DNA of 64,000 nucleotides. Source: Promethearchaeota archaeon. Its GTDB lineage: Archaea; Asgardarchaeota; Lokiarchaeia; Sigyniarchaeales; SOKP01. The stretch's first letter is position 1. Every line of letters starts with the position of its first letter. Positions 41,526 through 49,257 of the stretch are shown here, one piece after another. The position numbers and the translations under genes are program-made. A model generated the notes under the pieces. The model was given only the letters and a program-made list of their open reading frames with translations, did not search any database and was not told the origin of the DNA. The stretch covers positions 384,001-448,000 of the forward strand of contig JBHLNF010000001.1 of the NCBI GenBank assembly GCA_048937405.1. The letters are read 5' to 3'.

Positions 41526-42179
41526 ATGGATACGAATAGACCAAGTTTAGCGAGAATTAAGATTAAGTTTCCAGATCAGATATGGATTTCTGAAATTTTT
41601 AATAACTATCCGGATATAAAAATGGAAATTTCCCACTTTCTACCTTATGATCTTGAGGAATCCATTGGAAATAGTCTAATTGAAATATTACATTATGATA
41701 TCGATTCCATTATAGAAGAGATAAAAAATCATCCTTCTGTCTTCGAGTTAAGTATATTAGAGAAGGAAGAAAATAAAGTTAAATTTAATGTGAAAACAAA
41801 AGATCCATATTTATTATATGCTATAATAAAATGTGGAGTTTTAGTGAACTTTCCAGTAAGAGTGGAAGAAGGATATGCATATTGGAGACTAATTTCAAGT
41901 AGGGACAGGATAGATCAACTCTTAACTCTTTTTGAAGAGAAAAATATTAGTTATGATTTGTTAAGAATTGGTGTATCACCATATACTATTGAAGATGATA
42001 AAAGTAAATTAACTTTTGATGAATCAAATATCCTTGATAAAGCTATTTCTTCAGGTTTCTTTGAAATTCCAAGAAAAATATCTTTAGAAGAATTAGCTAA
42101 CGAATTGGGCAAATCTAAGTCAGCGCTATCAGTAATGCTTAGAAAAATAATCAAAAAGAAAGTCTTATTTGAGAAATAA
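41526..42179 (+). CDS. Bat/HTH_10-type transcriptional regulator
   Basis: C-terminal GFFEIPRKISLEELANELGKSKS. Confidence 0.88.
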   Translation: MDTNRPSLARIKIKFPDQIWISEIFNNYPDIKMEISHFLPYDLEESIGNSLIEILHYDIDSIIEEIKNHPSVFELSILEKEENKVKFNVKTKDPYLLYAIIKCGVLVNFPVRVEEGYAYWRLISSRDRIDQLLTLFEEKNISYDLLRIGVSPYTIEDDKSKLTFDESNILDKAISSGFFEIPRKISLEELANELGKSKSALSVMLRKIIKKKVLFEK

Positions 42180-42203
42180 TTAATAAGAAATACAAAAAAA
42201 AAG

Positions 42204-43018
42204 TTATACCCATTCTTCTTTTAAAATATTTCCTTTTATACCTACGACAACTAATTTAATTGGAACTTTTCTACTTGCTCGTTTAGTCGCTTCTTGAGCT
42301 AAAGCTAATAGACCAGAACAACAAGGAACTTCCATAATAACAACTGTAAGTGTATTTATTTTTGCATCATCAATTAGAGTCTTTATTTTTTCTATATACA
42401 CTTCTTTGCCTTGGTCGAGTTTGGGACAAGCTATTGCGATTGACTTTTGTTTCATGAAATCTCTATGAAAATCCCCATATGAAAATCCTACACAATCTGC
42501 TGAAAGCAATACATCAGCTCCTTGGTAATAAGGTGCTCGAGGATTAATTAAATGCATTTGAACAGGCCATTGTCTTAACGCAGAAGGGATTGTTCCTGAT
42601 ATTTCTGTTTGTGTTTCTGGTCCCTCAAAAACCATTGTTTGAGCAGAAGGACAACCACAATGAGAGTTATTATCAGAAAGAATTTCCTGCATTTGTCCCA
42701 TTTTAGTTTTTTCATTTTGTTTCATAGATTCTAAATGTTTCTCAACAGCCTCCTCATCAAATTCTAAAGCTTCCCTTTCAATTATTTCAAGTGCCCCCTC
42801 AGGACAACCAGAAATGCATGCTCCAAGTCCATCACAGAAAACGTCGTTTATTACCCTCGCTTTTCCGTCGATAACTGCGAGCGCGCCTTTTATGCTATAT
42901 AAATCATTCTTTATATTACTGCACAGTCGACTACGCAATTACCACATCCAGTACATAGATCTTCATCAATCTTGATTATTTTTCTTTTTAATAATTTTTG
43001 TTGTTTTACTTCAGTCAT
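42204..43018 (-). CDS. 4Fe-4S ferredoxin-domain protein (FrdX-like), split gene: exon 1 43018..42919, exon 2 42889..42204, 261 aa when joined
   Basis: Exon 1 MTEVK...IKIDEDLCTGCGNCVVDCA joins EGALAVIDGKA...CDGLGACISGCP...QWPVQ...ACPKLD...MEVPCC; joined length 786 nt is in frame. Confidence 0.9.
42890..42918 (-). other. Predicted 29-nt BHB-type intron (UAAUAUAAAGAAUGAUUUAUAUAGCAUAA)
   Basis: GUGC/GCAU 4-bp helix, bulges AG|U and AA|A, internal AUAUAAA/UUUAUAU stem; in-frame UAA inside; excision gives GCA GAA GGC. Confidence 0.85.
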
Positions 43019-43053
43019 GATTATATCAAATGGATTTGGCTATATATTTTTGA

Positions 43054-43068
43054 TTTCGAACATGTTCA
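43054..43068. promoter_or_regulatory. Operator-like site TTTCGAACATGTTCA (palindromic core GAACATGTTC)
   Basis: About 35 nt upstream of the split 4Fe-4S gene; exact reverse complement occurs at 47025..47039. Confidence 0.65.
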
Positions 43069-43134
43069 TAGGATATTAAAATGCAATTATAAACATTGTA
43101 AAAGAGATGACACAAAAAATTAAAAAAAAGAATA

Positions 43135-44502
43135 TTAAGATTTGATATAATAATCATATTTTTTTTTAATCAATATAGCAATGGTTACACTTAACACTGC
43201 AACAATCAGGACTAAAATATAACCTGGAATTTCAGAACTTGGTGTAGCGAGTCCCCCATCTGTAATAATCCAAGAAAAGTTAGTAATGATAAATTGTTTT
43301 GCATTTTCGGAAGCATTGCTATATTTTGAATTACCTGCATTAAAGTTTACGTTAGGTTGTAAGGGTAATTGCGACCAGCCTAATAATAAATTATCATAGT
43401 TGGATGTTGACAATTTAACTTTATAGAACATATCTGTCATATCTGTCACTCTCGAAACATTCCAGCTACCGAGGGGCTGGTTGAATGAAGACGTCCAGGA
43501 GAACATGTAAGCCATATTTGTCACTCTTGAAACGTTCCAGTTATCGAGGGGCTGGTTAAATGAAGTATCTGAAAACATAGATTCCATATTTGTCACTCTC
43601 GAGACATCCCAATTATTGATGGGTTGGTTAAATGAATCAGCTGATAGGAACATCCCTTGCATATTTGTCACGATCCAGACATCCCAGTCACTGATGGGCT
43701 GGTTGAATGAATTAGCCATGTAAAACATAAGTTCCATGTCATTTACGCTCGAAACATCCCAACTTCCGATCGGCTGGTTGAAGGAATCGGCCCCCCGAAA
43801 CATAGCACTCATATCTCTAACACTTGAGACGTCCCAGCTTCCGATGGGTTGGTTGAAGGAATGAGCATTATAGAACATATTACTCATGTCTGTTACATTC
43901 GAGACATCCCATCCGTTCATACTATCACTATCACCGAGATTAGGGCAATACCAAAAAGCTCCATGTAATATAGTAGTCCCCCTTAAATCCAAATTATCAG
44001 TTGCAGTAAGTTCTAGATTTTTACAACCATAAAAATAATGCCCCGAATTTCCTAATCGTAAAGATCCCCATTGTTTGATATCAATTATCTTTAACCGATC
44101 TCCTTCATCATTAAAACACCACCCAATAATCATTCCTGTGATCGTAATGGTGTAAACCCCTTCTGATGCATACGTATGTAAAATGTTAGGGTCATTGAAA
44201 AGCGTGATTAGATCGCTGTTTCCATCGCCCCAAAAAACTGTAAAATCATAGTTACCATCCCATTGTAGTGGTAATTTCACTTGATTACTGTTGCTGGAAT
44301 CCGAGCTTGTCTTTGTTGTATCCCAGACTGATATAAAATCCATTGGATCTGATGTAATAGGTTTAAGAAATTCACATTTAGTAGTTATTAGCTTTTGCTC
44401 GTGAAATAGATATGTAAATACCGAAAAGGTCACAATTGTCAAAGAAAATAATATTATCGTTGCACTTAATTTAACTGATTTGAATTTCATTAATCTAAAC
44501 AC
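43135..44502 (-). CDS. Surface protein with PKD-like domain, DUF285 repeats and IPGY-TM-basic C-terminal anchor
   Basis: VFWGDG...HTY; repeats FNQPIGSWDVSSVxDMxxMF; EIPGY + TM + KKK. Confidence 0.9.
   Translation of the reverse strand: MFRLMKFKSVKLSATIILFSLTIVTFSVFTYLFHEQKLITTKCEFLKPITSDPMDFISVWDTTKTSSDSSNSNQVKLPLQWDGNYDFTVFWGDGNSDLITLFNDPNILHTYASEGVYTITITGMIIGWCFNDEGDRLKIIDIKQWGSLRLGNSGHYFYGCKNLELTATDNLDLRGTTILHGAFWYCPNLGDSDSMNGWDVSNVTDMSNMFYNAHSFNQPIGSWDVSSVRDMSAMFRGADSFNQPIGSWDVSSVNDMELMFYMANSFNQPISDWDVWIVTNMQGMFLSADSFNQPINNWDVSRVTNMESMFSDTSFNQPLDNWNVSRVTNMAYMFSWTSSFNQPLGSWNVSRVTDMTDMFYKVKLSTSNYDNLLLGWSQLPLQPNVNFNAGNSKYSNASENAKQFIITNFSWIITDGGLATPSSEIPGYILVLIVAVLSVTIAILIKKKYDYYIKS
43430..43920 (-). 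repeat. About 6-7 intragenic tandem repeats of about 75 nt (DUF285 units)
   Basis: Recurring ggttgaa/ggttaaa...gagacatccca-like units; boundaries approximate. Confidence 0.8.
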
Positions 44503-44865
44503 ATTTTCTCATTAATTTTTTTTACATTTTTGTATTTCTTAAGTTAAATTATATCTATACCTTTCCTAAATAAAAAAATATCGAATTTGTGAGAACAGAG
44601 AATATCAATAAATTTTATACATTTAAAACTATAAACCTAGATTTTATAAAAAGTTCCTACAGAAATAAAAAAGAAAAATTATGATAAGAAACATAAGAAT
44701 TTATGTATTCATTTTAATCTTAAGTATGTGTTACGCCACTTTATAAGTAAATTTTCCTTAATTAGATATTATCTTAATAAATCAAATTGAATAGATAAAA
44801 TACAATAAAAAGAGATAAAAGATAAAATAACGGAAGATTTTAAAATAATTGAAGTAACTAATGTT

Positions 44866-45015
44866 ATGAAGGCTGGTAGAACCGTTAAGATAAAAATTTG
44901 GGAAGAATTCATTGAAATTGCGAAAAATAATAAAGTTGATAAAGTCTATAAATATGGTAAATTGCATTTTATGCTCCTTAGAGATGGAATTTATCAAATA
45001 AAAAAGAAAAAATAA
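44866..45015 (+). CDS. Small basic hypothetical protein, absent from ORF track
   Basis: MKAGRTVKIKIWEEFIEIAK...; frame open back past ATA 44827; converges on the cooS end. Confidence 0.45.
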   Translation: MKAGRTVKIKIWEEFIEIAKNNKVDKVYKYGKLHFMLLRDGIYQIKKKK

Positions 45016-45043
45016 AAAAAAATATAAATCTAAAGTAAAGATA

Positions 45044-46948
45044 TTAAATACCTAATTTTCTCCTATTCTTTTCAATGTGAGTTAACATCGCATCTACAGC
45101 GTGAATTGGATCAGTTTCGACATGTAAAATTCCACCTGTTAAATCTTTGCAATCTTCAGTTAGAAGTTTTACTAAATCAGCACCTCCAGTAACTGTAGGT
45201 ATTGGATTGACATAAGTATATAGACCAAACGCTAGGGCAAATATTGCATCGATCGTCGCTTTTTGTTCCATGTATTCTGGAGCCGCAGCTATTACTGGTA
45301 AATCAGGAATTGGTACACCACCAAGTGCTGCAGAAATTATTCCTATCAAATCAGCAACTCTTCCTGTATCTGTACATGTTCCGTAGCTAAGAACAGGGGG
45401 AATTCCTAATTTTTCACAAACTGCTTTTAAACCAGGACCTGCCAATTCCTTTGCTTCTGGTAAACATAATCCTCCTACTTGCAATGCCCCATTTCCACAA
45501 CCCATTGATAATACCAAGACATCTCTTTTGATTAATTCTTTAGCTACTTGAATTGTATGCACGTCTTGTCCATAATCCCTAAGCGTTGTGCAGGATACCA
45601 GTCCTGCTACACCTCGTATGGTACCATTCTTAATTACTTCGAGCAATGGTTCAAGTGTACCTCCAAGAGCAGTAAGTATACTCTCACTAGAAAAACCCAC
45701 GACCGCTTCATTTAAATCTAATCCTGTTATAGGTTCAATATTTGCTTTACGCTCTTTAAAATTATCAATCGCCATTTGTAGTAATGTCGCGGCTTGTTCT
45801 TCAGCTTTATCTGGCTTATAATCTACCCTTTCAGTAATACCTTCAAAAGCTACAACTTCAGAAACTGGAACTAGTTTGAATTTATATTTCTCTGCATATA
45901 TAGGATCAATTGGCATACAACAATTCATATCACAGATAAATGCATCAATACAACCACTTGCCAAAATCGCCTCTTGCATTATCCAATTTCCTGTAAATCC
46001 ATAAAAAACGTCATCCATTTCCCATCTTTGTATCATTTCTTGTCCAGTCTCGATATTTGCAATTATTCTCAATCCTTTTGCACCAACTGCTTTTGCTTTT
46101 TCTTGCCATTCAGACTTTCTAGCCAGTTGGACCATCGCAAATCCTAAAAATGGTTCATGCCCATTTGGAAGAATATTTACATAATCAGGATCTAATACAC
46201 CTAGGTTAACTCTCATTTTATGTGGTCTTGGAATATTGAATAAGATATCTTGAGTAAATTCATTAACAATTTGACTTTGATATGCCATTGCTATCCCTAA
46301 TCTCATAGCCTTGAGGGCTAAACTTGCATAATATCCATCTACATTTGTTAGACAAGAGCTTGTTGAAAACATCATTTCACTATATAATCCGCCAGGAAAA
46401 ATTCCTAATTTTCTCCATACCTCCTGTCTTTCTTTCGGTGCTAGTTTCTCAACAATTTTGCTTTTCTCATCATAAGGGATATTAAAATCTTCCTTTACAA
46501 AATAATATAGTCTTAGAGCAATATCTTTTTCTTGACCAGACGTGTCTAAACCAAGACGTTCAGCAAAAACTTTTAGTTTCTCAGGTTCGGAGATTTTAAA
46601 TGGGGTTTTACCCTCTACTGTAGCTTTTAAGGTTTTCAAAGTTGTTTCAGTATGATAATGGTAAGTAGATGCTCCCATAACATTCCTAAGAAGCATCATA
46701 CGCATTGCCATACCATCTGCTGTAATTCCACAGACTCCACGTTTATCTATTGATGAATCTGCTCTACAAGGACCATTTGAACATAGATCACAACGTGCAC
46801 CTTTTAAACAAAATGGACATCGTTTATCGGGATCTCCTCCAAATCCCTGTGCTTCAAAACGATCCCAAATATTATTCATACCATCTTTTTTAATCCTTTC
46901 ATAAACTTTTTGGACGGATTTATGATAAGAGATTCTATCATCTTCCAT
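45044..46948 (-). CDS. cooS: Ni-CODH family catalytic subunit with atypical C-cluster ligands
   Basis: CDLCSNGPC...GVCG B-cluster, NGHEP, DMNC, VSCT, MGCG, GTCTD, EQKA. Confidence 0.92.
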   Translation of the reverse strand: MEDDRISYHKSVQKVYERIKKDGMNNIWDRFEAQGFGGDPDKRCPFCLKGARCDLCSNGPCRADSSIDKRGVCGITADGMAMRMMLLRNVMGASTYHYHTETTLKTLKATVEGKTPFKISEPEKLKVFAERLGLDTSGQEKDIALRLYYFVKEDFNIPYDEKSKIVEKLAPKERQEVWRKLGIFPGGLYSEMMFSTSSCLTNVDGYYASLALKAMRLGIAMAYQSQIVNEFTQDILFNIPRPHKMRVNLGVLDPDYVNILPNGHEPFLGFAMVQLARKSEWQEKAKAVGAKGLRIIANIETGQEMIQRWEMDDVFYGFTGNWIMQEAILASGCIDAFICDMNCCMPIDPIYAEKYKFKLVPVSEVVAFEGITERVDYKPDKAEEQAATLLQMAIDNFKERKANIEPITGLDLNEAVVGFSSESILTALGGTLEPLLEVIKNGTIRGVAGLVSCTTLRDYGQDVHTIQVAKELIKRDVLVLSMGCGNGALQVGGLCLPEAKELAGPGLKAVCEKLGIPPVLSYGTCTDTGRVADLIGIISAALGGVPIPDLPVIAAAPEYMEQKATIDAIFALAFGLYTYVNPIPTVTGGADLVKLLTEDCKDLTGGILHVETDPIHAVDAMLTHIEKNRRKLGI

Positions 46949-47024
46949 AAATAATCACTTCTCTCTAATTTTTCTAAAAATTGTAGTATTTAACAAATAA
47001 ACTGATTTAATTTAAAATTGTTGT

Positions 47025-47039
47025 TGAACATGTTCGAAA
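47025..47039. promoter_or_regulatory. Operator-like site TGAACATGTTCGAAA
   Basis: Lies between divergent cooS and oxidoreductase genes; reverse complement of 43054..43068. Confidence 0.65.
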
Positions 47040-47106
47040 GGAATTTACTTAAAGATTACATTATATAATAAAAACTTTAATATAAAATGTAAAAACTAGT
47101 TATGCA

Positions 47107-48459
47107 ATGAAAGTTGTAATAATAGGGAATAATGTTGCTGGGACATTCACCGCCCAGAACCTCAGAAATCTTAACAATGATATTGAAATAGATATATATA
47201 CCCAAGAAAGATACCCTTACTATACAAGAGTCAATCTACCAGAATTAATATCTGAAAAAGTAACAATTGATGATTTAATTGTTTTTAAAGAAGATTGGTA
47301 CAAAAATAAGCGTCTAAATTTATATCTAGAAAAAAGAGTTAATACTCTCAATCTAAGTAATAAAACATTACAGATAGAAGGGGAAAATGATCCGATCATC
47401 TATGATAAACTTGTTTTAGCACTTGGAAGTACTCCAAATATTCCTCCTATTAAAAATGCTGTTGAAATGAAAAATGAAAACAAGGGATTATTTACATTAA
47501 GAAGTATTGATGATGCTTTAGACATAAAAGATTTTATCAAAAATAAGAATGCTAAAAATGCTATCATTATAGGAGGGGGTTTACTCGGTTTAGAATTAGC
47601 AAATCAAATAAATAATACCAATTTAATGACAACAGTAGTAGAATTTTTTCCCCGATTATTACCAAGACAGTTAGATATTGAATGTGGTGCGATGCTAAAA
47701 GAAGAAATCGAAAGTAGAGGAATTAAGGTTGTTTTAGATGCAGTCACAGAAGAAATTCTTGGAAATAGTGTAGTTTCGGGAATTAAATTAAAAAATGGAA
47801 AAACAATAAATGGGGATCTTGTATTAATTCAGGCTGGCATTAGACCTACAATTGATTTGGCTAAAAATGCTGGATTAAATACAAATAGAGGAATAATGGT
47901 TGATGATTTTTTACAAACCAGCGAAAAGGATATCTTTGCTGTAGGAGATTGTATAGAATACAAAGATCAAATATGGGGTATTATTCCAGCGTGCATGGAA
48001 CAATCAAAAATTGCAGCAGCTTCATTACTTGGATTAAAAAAAGTGGATTACAAGGGGACTATACCGAAAAATACCCTTAAAATAGTAGGATTAGATTTAA
48101 CCTCGATAGGAATGATAAATCCTGACAAGGAACAAACGGGTGGTTGGGAAATCCTAAGAAGGGCTGATAAGAAGGATTGTTGTTATCAAAAATTAGTATT
48201 AAAAGATAATAAGTTAAAAGGAGCAATATTATTTGGAGAAAATAAAATAATGTCTTACGTATATAATAAAATGGAAGAAAATGTTGATAAGGCTGAACTT
48301 AAAAAATTGTTAGATTTAAGTACTTATACTTGTAATAAGTGTGGTTTAGAATATGATGAGGCCGAAATGGGTATTCTCTTTGAGGATTTACCTCCTGATT
48401 GGAAATGTCCAAATTGCAAATGTACCAAAAAAGAATTTGTAGGAAATAGCAGTATCTAA
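47107..48459 (+). CDS. NAD(P)H:rubredoxin oxidoreductase-like flavoprotein with C-terminal rubredoxin domain
   Basis: IIGGGLLGLE, FAVGDC; terminal CNKCG...FEDLPPDWKCPNC. Confidence 0.9.
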   Translation: MKVVIIGNNVAGTFTAQNLRNLNNDIEIDIYTQERYPYYTRVNLPELISEKVTIDDLIVFKEDWYKNKRLNLYLEKRVNTLNLSNKTLQIEGENDPIIYDKLVLALGSTPNIPPIKNAVEMKNENKGLFTLRSIDDALDIKDFIKNKNAKNAIIIGGGLLGLELANQINNTNLMTTVVEFFPRLLPRQLDIECGAMLKEEIESRGIKVVLDAVTEEILGNSVVSGIKLKNGKTINGDLVLIQAGIRPTIDLAKNAGLNTNRGIMVDDFLQTSEKDIFAVGDCIEYKDQIWGIIPACMEQSKIAAASLLGLKKVDYKGTIPKNTLKIVGLDLTSIGMINPDKEQTGGWEILRRADKKDCCYQKLVLKDNKLKGAILFGENKIMSYVYNKMEENVDKAELKKLLDLSTYTCNKCGLEYDEAEMGILFEDLPPDWKCPNCKCTKKEFVGNSSI

Positions 48460-48485
48460 TTATATTAGAAAAGAGGTGGTTATAG

Positions 48486-48632
48486 ATTTCAGTATATCGC
48501 TGTAAGAGATGTAATTATCTTTATATAAATGAAGAAAAGAAGATACCTTTTGAAGAATTAGATGAAAATGAATATAAATGTCCTAAATGTCGTTCTTCAA
48601 AAAAATTCTTTGTTAAAAAGGAAATTCAATAA
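48486..48632 (+). CDS. Rubredoxin-like protein (48 aa), probable ATT start
   Basis: ISVYRCKRCNYLY...PFEELDENEYKCPKCRSSKKFF; GAGGTGG upstream; in-frame TAG immediately before ATT. Confidence 0.75.
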   Translation: MSVYRCKRCNYLYINEEKKIPFEELDENEYKCPKCRSSKKFFVKKEIQ

Positions 48633-48888
48633 AAAACAAAAAATTGATTAGTTTATAAAATTCATTAGCTTATAAAACCAAAAATAACAAAATCTTCTTT
48701 ATTTTATGTAATATACTTACCCTTTATTTCAATTTAATAGATTTTATTCAAAATAATAGGTTAGATTATTATTTGTTTAATCTAATTGGATCAATTTATA
48801 AAATATTAAATTAATATATTTAATATATTTTCAATTTCAAACCATATAATCAAATTCTACAACTTAAAATTAAAAGGATGTGTTAAAT

Positions 48889-49058
48889 TTGGCAAAATGG
48901 GAATGTCAAGCTTGTGGATATGTTTATGATGAAGAAGCTGAAGGTACAAAATTTGAAGATTTACCAGACGATTGGACTTGTCCTGTATGTGGCGTAGTCA
49001 TGATAGGATCTCCCATTATGGCGTAAGAAAGGACATGTTCGAGAAGATTGAAGGTTAA
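48889..49058 (+). CDS. Rubredoxin, split gene: exon 1 48889..48997, exon 2 49027..49058, 46 aa when joined
   Basis: Joined product [46 protein letters not shown]; TTG start. Confidence 0.92.
48998..49026 (+). other. Predicted 29-nt BHB-type intron (UCAUGAUAGGAUCUCCCAUUAUGGCGUAA)
   Basis: GCGU/GCGU 4-bp helix (2 GC + 2 GU), bulges AG|U and AA|G, internal CAUGAU/AUUAUG stem; excision gives GTA GGA AAG. Confidence 0.85.
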
Positions 49059-49257
49059 ATAGTATAATTTATAATTAAAATAGTTTTTTTTTTAAATTTT
49101 TTAAATTCTAATATTAAATTAATAGTAATTTTGCATAAGATTTGATTTCTAAATCTATAGAAATAAATTTATTTGAGATTTATATTAAAAATCATATAAA
49201 TTAAAGATTTAATAATACTATCAGCCTAAAATTCTTTTGAAACAATTTTTTATTTAA

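Noticed and set aside
42895-42919. Spliceosomal-looking GT...AG segment (25 nt), and GTATGT/AG in rubredoxin
   Set aside because: The GT-AG excisions tried either leave the frame broken or delete conserved residues; only the BHB cut restores both proteins.
42890-42938. ORF-track N-terminus MRSRLCSNIKNDLYSIK; pseudogene or ribosomal frameshift explanation
   Set aside because: It is an artefact of reading through the insertion. Frameshifting would add about 10 residues right after a cluster ligand, and both exons are otherwise intact.
43430-43920. Regular repeats as a CRISPR array or DGR template
   Set aside because: Degenerate in-frame coding repeats with no unique spacers; no cas operon or reverse transcriptase in the window.
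48999-49020. AUGA-containing hairpin as a SECIS element
   Set aside because: No opposing GA pair, too short, and no in-frame UGA at a Cys position was noticed in nearby genes.
48990-49025. TGGCGTA direct repeat read as a target-site duplication or transposon footprint
   Set aside because: The 4Fe-4S insertion has the same length and structure but no such repeat, and the repeat follows from the self-pairing GCGU helix. Disfavoured, not fully excluded.
49032-49042. GACATGTTCGA resembling the 15-bp operator
   Set aside because: Partial match inside coding sequence, explained by the D-M-F-E codons.
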